Shown here one piece after another: positions 1 to 9,776 of a stretch of DNA of 64,000 bases. A program made the position numbers and the translations under genes. Under the pieces are notes generated by a model that worked only from the letters and a program-made list of their open reading frames with translations, was not told the origin of the DNA and searched no databases. Every line of letters begins with the position of its first letter. Position 1 is the stretch's first letter. Origin of the DNA: a virus; the IMG/VR virus record IMGVR_UViG_3300044971_002537, positions 1-64,000 of that record. One strand, written 5' to 3'.

Positions 1-97
1 CCCGTGTCTAGGTAGCCCCAAAAGAATGGAATGTTTATGTTTAAAAAATTGCTCATCTGTACACCAATCTAGACGTTGAACAAAGCGACCTCCGAGG

Positions 98-126
98 ATT
101 ATAGTCTCCGGAGGTCGTGGTGTCAA
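98..126 (-). promoter_or_regulatory. Consensus sigma70 promoter embedded in an inverted repeat
   Basis: The minus strand reads TTGACA (126-121), 17 nt, TATAAT (103-98). The inverted repeat CGACCTCCG (86-94) / CGGAGGTCG (109-117) encloses the -10 box. Confidence 0.8.
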
Positions 127-140
127 GTGGCTTGTAGCTT

Positions 141-902
141 TTATTTTTGGCGAGACTTCTTTTCCAAAGAATCAGAATCTTGATTCTTAATAAATCTGTA
201 ATATAAAGACTTTGACTTAATGTAGCTATAACCAGTTAATTCGGATAATTCTTTGATTATGTCTGTTGGCTTTTTATTATCTTTGTTTATTTGGTTCCAT
301 TTTTCTAGCTGCCATTTTTTTGTCAATCCTAAATACTGAGGAAAATATAATCTGAGCCAGTCTTTAAACATACATCTAGATATATTTTTTCTTTTAGCGA
401 AGCTTGTTTGTGATTCTTTTGGGTCAGTGATCCATTCATTTATCAATGAGATGATATCTGAATAAGGAATTGTAAGATTCCTATCTCTATTAGAGACCCT
501 ATCCTCTAACGAATGCTTCTTCCACTGAGACTTAGGCTTTTTAGTTCTAGATCTAGCATATGTCATATCTCTAGAACTTAAGTTAATATTACACAATTGA
601 TCCTTAAAAAACCTAATCAAAAAAGCTTCACGCTCTTCTGCCTCTTCCCTAGACTCTAAAGACCACAATATTTTTAGGAAAAAATCATACTTGTTTATTA
701 TTGCTAATTTGTGCTTGTTTGAGTCAGATCTCTTATGGTCTTTTTCTCTAAAGTATATATTCTTTTCTGACGAGACACCAACATAAAAAAGATTTTCAGA
801 TATGCTGTATGTAGAATAGGCACAATTCTTTTTATATAACCCATAGACGTAATGTTGCATATGTATCCTCCTATAGCATAATCGCAAAAAGTGGCGATGC
901 AA
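141..902 (-). CDS. GIY-YIG-family homing endonuclease-like protein (likely start MQHYVY)
   Basis: HYVYGL...FYVGVS...R...H...EAEEREAFLI...LCN matches the GIY-YIG catalytic pattern. HTH-like C-terminus; AT-rich relative to its neighbours. Confidence 0.7.
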   Translation of the reverse strand: MHRHFLRLCYRRIHMQHYVYGLYKKNCAYSTYSISENLFYVGVSSEKNIYFREKDHKRSDSNKHKLAIINKYDFFLKILWSLESREEAEEREAFLIRFFKDQLCNINLSSRDMTYARSRTKKPKSQWKKHSLEDRVSNRDRNLTIPYSDIISLINEWITDPKESQTSFAKRKNISRCMFKDWLRLYFPQYLGLTKKWQLEKWNQINKDNKKPTDIIKELSELTGYSYIKSKSLYYRFIKNQDSDSLEKKSRQK

Positions 903-914
903 ACATTAATTTTA

Positions 915-1814
915 CTATTTTGCATCTCCTTTTGCTTCTACTGGAGAATTTGCACGCCATTGCCTACATGACCAGAATTTTGCCTTCCATTTTGGTCCTG
1001 CATTATCGCAGTTATGTCTAGCTCTAAACGATTTTCTTCTAGCTGGATTATCTCTTTTTATAGATGACATCGGATCGCCGAAATTGACCTTGACCACATT
1101 ACCCTTCTCATTCTTAGTATAAACAGAGAACTTCTTTGGGCCTTTAGGAGTTCTAAACGGCTTATTGAGTGTTACAGTTCTACCCTGATATTCAGAAGCA
1201 TATGACTCATCTTCTTCTCCGCTATATGATTCTACAAAGTCAAAGATATTCTGAATATAAATCTCTGCCTTCGACACCATATCAGTAGTCCACTCTTCAA
1301 GTTCAATATCCATTGTTTCCATCTTGCTGACAATAGACATCAACTGAGTATGCATCTTTTTGATCTGGTCCTTAGCCATTTCTCCTTCTCCAGACTGAGC
1401 CCTTTTCCAAGACTTTGGATCGGGTCTATCCTTGTCTCCGGGCTTTGCTGGCCTATACTTTTTACCGAGCCGATCCTTCTTCTTCCTAATGTTTTCCCAG
1501 AGGCTTGAAGCCGCAATATCTTCTGTGTCTTCTCCAAAATCTTCATATTCAGATACTTCTGGAATATAAAAATTAGCCTCAGTAAGTTCTTCCTCAAATC
1601 CAAGCTCAATATCTTCAAGATACTTAATTGAGCACATGGAGAAATCTACTCTATCCATTGCTGAGCCAGAGTTTTTTGGTTTTCCTCTATACATAGCTAA
1701 GCAAGAAGAAACCTTTTCATCATTCTCTGCTTCTGAACCAGCAATATGATCCATGCATCTCTGCATGTAGTTTGCTTCTGACTCGTCCTTCTCTGGCTTT
1801 GGTGTATCAATCAT
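915..1814 (-). CDS. Modular hypothetical phage protein with a C-terminal basic Cys-containing domain (DUF6321-like)
   Basis: C-terminal KFSVYTKNEKGNVVKVNFGD...RRKSFRARHNCD...WSCRQW is a motif I recognise from large phages. Confidence 0.5.
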   Translation of the reverse strand: MIDTPKPEKDESEANYMQRCMDHIAGSEAENDEKVSSCLAMYRGKPKNSGSAMDRVDFSMCSIKYLEDIELGFEEELTEANFYIPEVSEYEDFGEDTEDIAASSLWENIRKKKDRLGKKYRPAKPGDKDRPDPKSWKRAQSGEGEMAKDQIKKMHTQLMSIVSKMETMDIELEEWTTDMVSKAEIYIQNIFDFVESYSGEEDESYASEYQGRTVTLNKPFRTPKGPKKFSVYTKNEKGNVVKVNFGDPMSSIKRDNPARRKSFRARHNCDNAGPKWKAKFWSCRQWRANSPVEAKGDAK

Positions 1815-2332
1815 GTCAAATTGCCTAAAATACAGATCTCATAAGTGGCCCCAGAGCCACTAACGTCGAATAAACTAATGTTCTTCTGGGTAGAACTAAC
1901 TGTTAGTTTGTAAGGATCATTATAGGTGAAACTTGAATAAGGTTTGATAAGCAAGTTTCCGGAACCACCATTGAAAAGGTTTGTGAAAGCGTTCGAGCCT
2001 GTCGCCCTAATGTTGATGTCCCTGTTTTGGACTGTAGAAGTATTATAGACCGTGACGGTCTTAACCCCGGAAAAGGCCACAGTAGAAGTAATCCCAAATG
2101 ATTCGTTAGTCATCGCATTAAGATCAAGAATTACGGACCCGCCTGATGGAAGTACCCCAGTATTTTTTACTGCTGCATCAATCTCAAAATTGCCAGTGCC
2201 ATAGGTATATGCCCTATTGGCTGTAATAGACTCATTCTCAGATCTGATAGTGCCAGACTGAGTCTCTGTGAAATTGAAGGATGTTTTTACTAGAGAACTA
2301 GCCGTTACTACTATTGTCATTCTTTGCCCCAA
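1811..2332 (-). CDS. Hypothetical beta-rich protein, possibly a virion component
   Basis: Thr/Ser/Gly/Asn-rich 173-aa ORF that overlaps the next gene by ATGA. Confidence 0.4.
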   Translation of the reverse strand: MGQRMTIVVTASSLVKTSFNFTETQSGTIRSENESITANRAYTYGTGNFEIDAAVKNTGVLPSGGSVILDLNAMTNESFGITSTVAFSGVKTVTVYNTSTVQNRDINIRATGSNAFTNLFNGGSGNLLIKPYSSFTYNDPYKLTVSSTQKNISLFDVSGSGATYEICILGNLT

Positions 2333-2618
2333 AATAGCTGTCTAGAATTCTTCGAATCACCCAAGATATCAAAGCTTGAAACAACATAAACCCAAATGAT
2401 CCATACATGCCTACAGCTTTATCCTCCAGATGGGCTTCCGCTGAAGCCCTATCAGTAAAAGAGGAGAGGTCCTCTTTTGAGAGGGTAGCGGCCTTCTCGA
2501 CTCGTCTCTTCATTCTCTCGGCGTCACGCTCGCCCCTTCTGCCAGACTTAGCCGAATAGCCGAACTCTTTGCAGTATTCTTCATACCAGTTCACGAGCCA
2601 CCTCCATATCGGGAGCAT
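2298..2618 (-). CDS. Hypothetical protein with a C-terminal hydrophobic helix
   Basis: Segment MYGSFGFMLFQALISWVIRRIL; tightly packed in the operon. Confidence 0.45.
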   Translation of the reverse strand: MLPIWRWLVNWYEEYCKEFGYSAKSGRRGERDAERMKRRVEKAATLSKEDLSSFTDRASAEAHLEDKAVGMYGSFGFMLFQALISWVIRRILDSYFGAKNDNSSNG

Positions 2619-2895
2619 TGTCTACACTGATTTTGAACGATTTATCCGTTATGGTAATGGATTTTAGGGTGGGCCGAACTGCATTCAAGAGCCGCATCGG
2701 CCCCATCTTTGTTATAAAAACCTGAACTGCTGGTGATCCAAATTTGATTACTGGATTGCCATCTTCTGACGAGATAACTAGGTTGATCTCATCACCACAT
2801 TTGATATTTACGCCATCAGATACCTCGACTGTCTTATTCTTTACTAATTCCTCAAAAAGATCTATTAGCTTCATTGTATACTCCATTGTGATCAT
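2581..2895 (-). CDS. Hypothetical protein (likely start MKLIDLF)
   Basis: GGAG precedes the MKLID start; tightly packed in the operon. Confidence 0.5.
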   Translation of the reverse strand: MITMEYTMKLIDLFEELVKNKTVEVSDGVNIKCGDEINLVISSEDGNPVIKFGSPAVQVFITKMGPMRLLNAVRPTLKSITITDKSFKISVDNAPDMEVARELV

Positions 2896-3052
2896 CGTCG
2901 TGAATTGCTAATAGTTCTTCATATGATAAATCGTCTAAGCTAGATATTCCATGTTGTGATTGTAGGTGTTGTACTAATTGATCTCGGCTAGGAAAAGACG
3001 ATCCATTAAGTTGCCACCTACGATAACTAATACGAGAATACGTAGTACTCAG
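2852..3052 (-). CDS. His-containing C-terminal extension of the 3049-3678 protein, in the -1 frame
   Basis: A 67-codon frame (LSTTYSRISYRRWQLNGSSFPSRDQLVQHLQSQHGISSLDDLSYEELLAIHDDDHNGVYNEANRSF*) has no ATG. It opens right after a TAA at an A8 run. Confidence 0.6.
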   Translation of the reverse strand: MSTTYSRISYRRWQLNGSSFPSRDQLVQHLQSQHGISSLDDLSYEELLAIHDDDHNGVYNEANRSF

Positions 3053-3678
3053 TTTTTTTTAGACCACTTAATATAAGTGTCATAAGACATTGAGCCGGTG
3101 AAGATTTTAGAGACTCCGTCCTTGTTCACATAAAAGAAAGATGGAATCGCTGTGTGCTTGAGTTTCAGCCTGTCAATCTCGTCATAAGATGCCTCATTAT
3201 CTAGATCAAGCACTTGAAGATCATTAAAAGCTTCTGGCCCAACATCCCAACCAGCATTTTTATGTTCATCATTCTTAAGTTTGGCAACGATATTCTTATC
3301 TACTGACACGCACGGTGGACAAACGGACGGTTGTGTAATTAATACTATTCTTGGAAAAGTATCTGGAGGCGTCTCTTTTGCCAACTTCTTACAGCCACAA
3401 TCTTTATCAGAATCCTTACATGGGCAATCTGTCAGGGAAGTGCCACCATCGTATGAGACTTTGCCATTTTTACATTTACATTCAGTGACTGGCTTTGGCG
3501 GTTCTGGCTTAGGGATAGGAACCAGATCATCAGCACCGATAGGTGCTACCATCATCATAGCACCAGCAATACCATAAGCATCAAGATCTTCAGCCGAAAA
3601 ATCGAGCACAGTGGGTGTACTCTTAGTTGGCATGAACATTATGAGTAGTATGATTGCTAGAATGAGGGCTCTTTTCAT
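3049..3678 (-). CDS. Exported thioredoxin-like protein with a Cys-rich linker
   Basis: Signal peptide MKRALILAIILLIMFMP; Pro- and Cys-rich linker; CPPC after a beta strand; cis-Pro-like AIPSF. Confidence 0.65.
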   Translation of the reverse strand: MKRALILAIILLIMFMPTKSTPTVLDFSAEDLDAYGIAGAMMMVAPIGADDLVPIPKPEPPKPVTECKCKNGKVSYDGGTSLTDCPCKDSDKDCGCKKLAKETPPDTFPRIVLITQPSVCPPCVSVDKNIVAKLKNDEHKNAGWDVGPEAFNDLQVLDLDNEASYDEIDRLKLKHTAIPSFFYVNKDGVSKIFTGSMSYDTYIKWSKKN

Positions 3679-3687
3679 CTTCGTCTC

Positions 3688-4572
3688 CTACCAGCTTAGG
3701 CTAGTATCTACTTTAGCTTTAAAGCCATTGAAATCAGAAATTGCCCAGCAATCGCCAGTCCTCATCATCCTATCGATCACTTCGGCATCTACCCAGAAGC
3801 ATCCATCAGGCTGATCGAGTTTGCGTTTCGTTATTTTTAGATAATCTCCCCAGCTATTACTAATGAGCCCACCCGGTCTTTTTGATTCATCGTCGACTGC
3901 TAGGCCGAACATAGAGTGCTGCCAAGTTGTGTCTTGTTTGCAAAAACCTTCACTGTCGGTTTTTGTTGAAAAGCCCAGACTCGACCCAGTTACTACAGGA
4001 TGACCACTTGCTATGCTATCTCTAAAGCTTTCCCAAGATTTTACTCTCGCAAATTGTCTTACTACTGTCTCCTTGGAGATAGTCTCTAAGGTTTTAGGGA
4101 AACCACTAGCATTTGACCACCTTCTACAACGATCTACAGAATAAGTAGTAACATCTATATTCCCATACTTACCCTTCGCCAACGTACCAAATTCATTGAC
4201 ATAGCTTATGGCATGAGCTACTACGCATCCGTCTCCGCTTATTCTATACCCGCCAAATTTTCTTCCTCCACCATAGATCATTTCTTCAGAGGTATAGTTT
4301 ACAAAAGTTTCTCTGTCGCCATTAGCTATTTCGACAGCTTTCAATGTATCTACTGCTCCAGCAACGCCAAACCCAACACATGATCCAATATTTCCTTGAT
4401 TTCTTAATAGGAAGTTGATACCTATCTTTGTGTAGCTCTTGTGTAGGCAGACTACCTTCCCCTTGCCGACTCCAACGAGGAGAGGAGCGACTGAGGAAAA
4501 TACCCCAACCCGCTCCTCCATTGCGGCTACTTCGTCTGGAAGGTCGACCCAGCCACTAATATTGTATTCTGG
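3688..4572 (-). CDS. Papain-like (C1 clan) cysteine protease
   Basis: Q-G-x-x-G-S-C (RNQGNIGSCVGFG), catalytic His (WQHSM) and NSWG; likely start MPEYNIS. Confidence 0.85.
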   Translation of the reverse strand, partial: PEYNISGWVDLPDEVAAMEERVGVFSSVAPLLVGVGKGKVVCLHKSYTKIGINFLLRNQGNIGSCVGFGVAGAVDTLKAVEIANGDRETFVNYTSEEMIYGGGRKFGGYRISGDGCVVAHAISYVNEFGTLAKGKYGNIDVTTYSVDRCRRWSNASGFPKTLETISKETVVRQFARVKSWESFRDSIASGHPVVTGSSLGFSTKTDSEGFCKQDTTWQHSMFGLAVDDESKRPGGLISNSWGDYLKITKRKLDQPDGCFWVDAEVIDRMMRTGDCWAISDFNGFKAKVDTSLSW

Positions 4573-5758
4573 CATCTTCAAGGCTCCTTTGATAGATAGT
4601 GATTTCACTACAGATACTAATAAAATTTTCTTTAGTAAGATTCAGCTTCATCTTATTCAAATACTTGTTCGAAAATCTTACATTATCTATTGTGTACGGA
4701 AGGTTGCTATCTACCCTATCCAGAGACGCGGTATTCTCTTCGCCGATCTTGCCGACCAAGAGTGGCATTCCTGATAAGTAACATCTGCCGCCCTGCTTTA
4801 TGAAAAGACTATTTACTGAGATAATATCAAGGTCAAAGTCAATTTTTCTGTATTTGGCGTTAGCTTTAAACCTACTGAACCACGAATTGTTAATATAGCT
4901 TCTGTTAGGAATATTGCTACTGTCCGGGCTCAGGTGATTATCATGTACCATTTTACATAGAGACACAAATAATTCATCTGGAACTCCCCACTGCATAATA
5001 TTGATCTGCTTATGTATCCACTGAATGTTGCCGACAGAATAAGATTTTCTACTGTCAATTCTATCTAGGCTTGCAGTAGTCTCACTACCCTTACCAAATT
5101 TCAGCTTATGTCCACTATGCACACATACGCCATCCTGTTTTTCCCATTGCCCCCATGCATCCTCAATTGTTATATTGAAGCCGATGTCTCTCTTTTTAGC
5201 ACCACTCCTAATTTTTGACCAAATATCTCCAGATATATCATTTAGACCACGAAACCTTTTGTTATGTATTCCCAAATAGCAATCTAAATTTTTAGGCTCA
5301 TTAGCTAGAGCACTTTTAACTCTAGCATACCCGAATCCTGTTATTTCTCTTATCTTGCTTAGATTGTTACCGGACCTATACAGTTCTACTACTTTAAGGT
5401 TCTCAACTGACTTTATCTTTTTGGCTTCAGATATCCTATCGAGCCTCTTTTTATATTTTGGCGTCCTGCTGTTTAATTTTACGTTATTTCTTTTGAGGCA
5501 TGAGTAGATTGTAGTCTTGTCGCAATTGAATCTATCTGCTATGTCTTCAATCTTATGAAATGAATTATATAGCTGAATTATTTCATCCTTATGAACATCA
5601 ATACAAACATTGGCTCTGGATTTTACTCCTACCCTTTGAAGATATTTACAGACTAAGCTCCTATCACAATTGAGAATTTTAGATATGTCATATGAAGATA
5701 GACCAGAGCTGTACATTGAAATTACTTCGCTATAGTCCCTCGAAGGTCCCCTTCCCAT
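4556..5758 (-). CDS. HNH homing endonuclease-like protein with HTH repeats and two HNH-type domains
   Basis: Three N-terminal HTH-like repeats and two copies of C..SG..L....ASLDR(I/V)DS...Y...N. Confidence 0.8.
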   Translation of the reverse strand: MGRGPSRDYSEVISMYSSGLSSYDISKILNCDRSLVCKYLQRVGVKSRANVCIDVHKDEIIQLYNSFHKIEDIADRFNCDKTTIYSCLKRNNVKLNSRTPKYKKRLDRISEAKKIKSVENLKVVELYRSGNNLSKIREITGFGYARVKSALANEPKNLDCYLGIHNKRFRGLNDISGDIWSKIRSGAKKRDIGFNITIEDAWGQWEKQDGVCVHSGHKLKFGKGSETTASLDRIDSRKSYSVGNIQWIHKQINIMQWGVPDELFVSLCKMVHDNHLSPDSSNIPNRSYINNSWFSRFKANAKYRKIDFDLDIISVNSLFIKQGGRCYLSGMPLLVGKIGEENTASLDRVDSNLPYTIDNVRFSNKYLNKMKLNLTKENFISICSEITIYQRSLEDARIQY

Positions 5759-6156
5759 TATTTAATCCCGGCTTTAAGACCTTCACAAATTTCGTATAGC
5801 TCTTCCGCCAGATCTGTTTTGTTCTCTGCCGTAAAATCGGCATAGGTATTAGTTACTGGGTCTGCGAATTTGGACAGATCGGTAGCCTTTTTAAAGGCCT
5901 CATTGCCTTTGGTCGGCATAACCTTATCTCTGACAGAGCGGAATCTGACAAAAACATCACCAAAGTCTTTAGAACCAGCAGCATCTAGTTCTTTGACATA
6001 AATGTACGCACCCTTGTAGACCGTGTACCACTTTCTGGCATCCTGAACGGACATGCCATCTTCTTTTACCGCTTTTGCTACTGATTCCTTATCGGCACCA
6101 ATCGCCGAGCAACTCATCAAAACCAATAGGACGAGCGTAGCTAGTCTATTTTGCAT
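5758..6156 (-). CDS. Exported or lipoprotein-like hypothetical protein
   Basis: Signal peptide MQNRLATLVLLVLMSCSAIG. Confidence 0.55.
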   Translation of the reverse strand: MQNRLATLVLLVLMSCSAIGADKESVAKAVKEDGMSVQDARKWYTVYKGAYIYVKELDAAGSKDFGDVFVRFRSVRDKVMPTKGNEAFKKATDLSKFADPVTNTYADFTAENKTDLAEELYEICEGLKAGIK

Positions 6157-6442
6157 TTTTGATCCCCGTGTGGATGTCATAGAATCGAGTATCGATCTCT
6201 TTGATCAGGGCAAGAAGCTCAACATTCCCGATAGCAACAGCTCTATTTCTAAGATGTCGCAAGGCGTCCTGATCTGCTTTTTCGTCGTCAACAGCCACTG
6301 ACCCACCGAAGGAAGGGATCTTTACCTTGTCCTTCAGAGAGACGAAGGCGACCTTGATCTTATCCCAAAACGCGACGATGGCGATAAGAACACCACCTAC
6401 TGGCACTTTGTTGGCGATAAGGAAATCGATGACAGATTGCAT
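6146..6442 (-). CDS. Small membrane-anchored protein
   Basis: N-terminal hydrophobic segment VPVGGVLIAIVAFW. Confidence 0.55.
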   Translation of the reverse strand: MQSVIDFLIANKVPVGGVLIAIVAFWDKIKVAFVSLKDKVKIPSFGGSVAVDDEKADQDALRHLRNRAVAIGNVELLALIKEIDTRFYDIHTGIKNAK

Positions 6443-6696
6443 TATTTGTTGTCCTTCAAAAATCTTAGTGACAGTTCACTTACTACAGTTAGTACTATGG
6501 CTGCAATTCCTGAGTGCTCGCCAAACATTTCTGGCTTAACATTGGCCAAAAGGGACGTAACAACAGTAGCCAATCCCATCAGGATAGCTGTGCGTGTTAC
6601 CTTGGCGATATCGACAGTATCTACCTTGCCAACAGGAGTTACTGATGGTTCAGACTTGCCGAACATTGCGTTTTTTAGTTTAGACAGGAAGTTCAT
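6442..6696 (-). CDS. Two-TM holin-like membrane protein
   Basis: 84 aa, two hydrophobic helices and a charged C-terminus (RFLKDNK). Confidence 0.45.
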   Translation of the reverse strand: MNFLSKLKNAMFGKSEPSVTPVGKVDTVDIAKVTRTAILMGLATVVTSLLANVKPEMFGEHSGIAAIVLTVVSELSLRFLKDNK

Positions 6697-6716
6697 AAGG
6701 TTTCACCTTAAAATAG

Positions 6717-6738
6717 GTGGGGGACTTTCGTCCCCCAC
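6717..6738 (-). terminator. Intrinsic terminator
   Basis: GTGGGGGAC-GAAA-GTCCCCCAC followed by CTATTTT, just after the 6751 stop. Confidence 0.7.
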
Positions 6739-6750
6739 GTTGGGAAAAGA

Positions 6751-7380
6751 TTAGCCAGTGATCGCTGGATATTCGTCCGTGATTGGGTTGCGTGACCCAT
6801 CCATGTAGGTCAACTCACCCGGAACAGACCGGAAGGTGACGAACTGAGCTTCATCAGAAGAGGCGACAGCGTTGTTAGTCGTAGACCGGAACGTATCGTT
6901 CAAAGAAGATGGAGCCGTAGTCCAGTTGGTTCTCTTACCAGCAATCTTAGTAAAGCTGAAGTACCCGGCCCGAATGGCTGTAGAATACTTGTAGCCCCAA
7001 GACTTCTGAATAAGAGCGGTTCTTCGGCGGTACGAGTCGCCATCGGTGAACAGTAGAGCATTGTTTGCAATACCGTTAACTGTGGTGCTATACCCCTGAA
7101 TCAGTGCAGCGTTTGGCTCATACGCGAACGTGCCAGCAGCAAATGCCTTCTGGGCACTATACGTATGGAAAGTTCCGCTAGCAGCAATAGGACGACTACG
7201 TCTTGTGGACATAGTACTGTTTGTGACAGCGTCTTTGATAGACAAAGTCTGGGTGTAGGGATTTCCAGTCGTGACAGTCGTGGCATCGGTAATACCGAGG
7301 GCGACAGCCCCAATTTGCTCCAGAGGGGCTACGCCCGTTCCTCTACAGCTAACAACATAACCAGTTGGCAAAAGTGCCAT
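6751..7380 (-). CDS. Probable virion structural protein
   Basis: Thr/Ala/Gly-rich; start MALLPTG after GGAG; has its own upstream GCGTAT motif and downstream terminator. Confidence 0.45.
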   Translation of the reverse strand: MALLPTGYVVSCRGTGVAPLEQIGAVALGITDATTVTTGNPYTQTLSIKDAVTNSTMSTRRSRPIAASGTFHTYSAQKAFAAGTFAYEPNAALIQGYSTTVNGIANNALLFTDGDSYRRRTALIQKSWGYKYSTAIRAGYFSFTKIAGKRTNWTTAPSSLNDTFRSTTNNAVASSDEAQFVTFRSVPGELTYMDGSRNPITDEYPAITG

Positions 7381-7452
7381 AATAGATCTCCACAATATCC
7401 ATCCCAAGGGTCCAGTAAAAGAGAAGTCCTGTCTTCCTAAGGATAAATACGC

Positions 7453-8013
7453 TTAGACCTCATCTGAGGTCAATATATTGACCACCCCAGAAGTTCTGAG
7501 ATCTTCAAGTTTTGTGTCATATGACTCATCTTTCTCTGAATCTGACGTGATCGACCTATATGACCCATCTTCGTAGACGCCAATTGCCCATTTCTTTTTA
7601 CCGGAAATTTCACAGATTATTTGGGCGATGATGCTGTGCTGATTAATATTTAGGGCTATTTCGACCTTTGGTCTAACATCAGTCAGACTGAACATCTTGC
7701 CAATTCCGATGAAAAATCGATATCTACTGACGATTTTGAGTGCTTCTATACCATCAACTAGGTCTAGAGCATTTTTGTCAGCCTCGGTCAGGTCGAAATT
7801 AGTATGGCAGAACCAGCAGTCGAACATATTATTGGGAGACATAGTCTCAAGCGGCCCGTAGACTCCTAGTGGAGTCCTAATTTGCATCGGGAGTTCGAGC
7901 ATTTGCAGATTTGGCATATCCTCATCAGATTCATCCATATCCATATCAATATCAAGGTTATCTTCCACAACCTCATCAACCCATCTTTCCCACGCTATTT
8001 TTCGCTCTTTCAT
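7453..8013 (-). CDS. Conserved hypothetical phage protein
   Basis: Motif FDCWFCHTNFDLT...GIEALKIVSRYRFFIGIGKMF. Confidence 0.55.
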   Translation of the reverse strand: MKERKIAWERWVDEVVEDNLDIDMDMDESDEDMPNLQMLELPMQIRTPLGVYGPLETMSPNNMFDCWFCHTNFDLTEADKNALDLVDGIEALKIVSRYRFFIGIGKMFSLTDVRPKVEIALNINQHSIIAQIICEISGKKKWAIGVYEDGSYRSITSDSEKDESYDTKLEDLRTSGVVNILTSDEV

Positions 8014-8241
8014 GCTGTGTACTCACTTGGCTTGATAGTTTTGTTGACGGATTTTAGGAAATAGTCAGCTTCTGAGCAGAGCCCACCTTCTCGGATTTTG
8101 GACTCAATAACATCCATGCAGGAATGTCTGACCTTACCATTGAGTACTGAATCGGATATTCTGACTAGATTCTCTATATTGTCAAAGCCAAATTCTATTT
8201 GCAGACTTCCATCTTCAATATAGAATGTTAGGTAGTCAGCC

Positions 8242-9279
8242 TTATCTACAGGCTTCTTCGATTTCTTTTGCCAAAACATTTGTTGAAAGCTCCCAAGAAA
8301 ATTTGCTGGCTTGATCAACCGCCGCTTTATTAAGCAGAAGATCGGATCTGAGCCTGTGGACATTTCGCATATGCTCAACTAGCTGGTCGAAACTATCTTG
8401 TGTAAATTTTCTCCATTTTGAGAAACCGCCAAAGAATACACCATCGTACGCAATATCAAATTCGTCTTTCATATCGATGAGTCGACAAGATTCATTGACA
8501 AATCCGGTGTGCCCAGTACAATTGGTAATAATGACCTCTTTGCCGCAGGCCATCATTTCGAGAGCTTCCATGTTCCAGCCTTCGGCTCTGGCTGGAAAAA
8601 CAGCACAATCTACCTGCTTCATGATGTTGTACACGTCCTGATGGGTGTTGACACGAGGAACGATCTGAATCTTATCACCAAGCTTTGACTCTAGATACAT
8701 GCGTTGCCAAGCTCTTACCTGCTCTTGGTTAAGGAATCGATTAGTCGGCATCATAACGAGGGTGACTTCGTCATCTTTCTCGAAAGCAGCATTGAAAGCT
8801 TTGATAAGGACGTCATGCCCTTTTCGGATTTCCCATTTGCCGAAGTTGCCGAAGATCGTGTGGGTTCCCGGCTCTGGAGGACTCGGTAAAAAGATAGACG
8901 GGTCATATCCAAGAGGGACTACAGAAGCTTTAATCCCCTGTCTGTCGCAAACGTCAGCGGCCCATTGAGTTGGGACTATGACTTTGTCTGGATAAGATAA
9001 ATTGTGGACCTCGATGTCTGATAGGTCTTCAAGCTCGAATACTGTAAAGGCTATTTTTGGCTCCCCGGTGAAAGCCGCCATATCGTTTGGGTGCCATAGC
9101 CGAAGAGAAGGGGCCTTGTGGTGAAATTTGGTATTGGCCGCAGGGAAGCTTGGATCATGTTGAGTTTGGCCGATCGGGACATGCCGAACGTCCCATCCTA
9201 GCTTTAGTAGATACTTTAGCGTGTAACTACCGTGGAGGCCGAAGCTGGTCGAATTATATCCGAATGTGAAATTAAGATT
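8242..9279 (-). CDS. Glycosyltransferase family 4 (GT-B fold)
   Basis: GKWEIRKGHDVLIKAF and FPARAEGWNMEALEMMACG (EX7E motif). Confidence 0.85.
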   Translation of the reverse strand, partial: NLNFTFGYNSTSFGLHGSYTLKYLLKLGWDVRHVPIGQTQHDPSFPAANTKFHHKAPSLRLWHPNDMAAFTGEPKIAFTVFELEDLSDIEVHNLSYPDKVIVPTQWAADVCDRQGIKASVVPLGYDPSIFLPSPPEPGTHTIFGNFGKWEIRKGHDVLIKAFNAAFEKDDEVTLVMMPTNRFLNQEQVRAWQRMYLESKLGDKIQIVPRVNTHQDVYNIMKQVDCAVFPARAEGWNMEALEMMACGKEVIITNCTGHTGFVNESCRLIDMKDEFDIAYDGVFFGGFSKWRKFTQDSFDQLVEHMRNVHRLRSDLLLNKAAVDQASKFSWELSTNVLAKEIEEACR

Positions 9280-9776
9280 CATCGTCATATCCTAAGAATT
9301 CCCTTATGGAACTTTCTGAAATATCTTCCTGCTTATATAAGCAAATACCTCTAGCGTCTCCACTAAGGTGTGGCGGGCTCTTATCAGGTTCCACCTGAAA
9401 AACCAGATGGTCTTTCTTACCTGATAACTCACCAACCAAACGTGATATAACGGATGAGAATAGGTCTTTCATCGCGACTTCGTCACCAGAGGCTATGTGT
9501 AGGACGTCCTGACCTTCATAGTCGTACATTTTAAAAGCTTCTACAACCCATATAGTCATTCCATGTAAACCTTTAATCTATTGGCTGTACTCTTAAGAGC
9601 TAAGCCAGCTTCCTCATGAATGTGGGAATCTTCTTCTTTACCGATCTTCATCAAGAATTCGGCAAACTCTATAAGCCCCTCATAGCTCCGACTACACATC
9701 GGCCCTGTTTTCAGTCGGACTATAGCTGCCTCCAAGGAAATCACCCTCTGTTGAAGTATCAGCACTTCGCGGCTCG

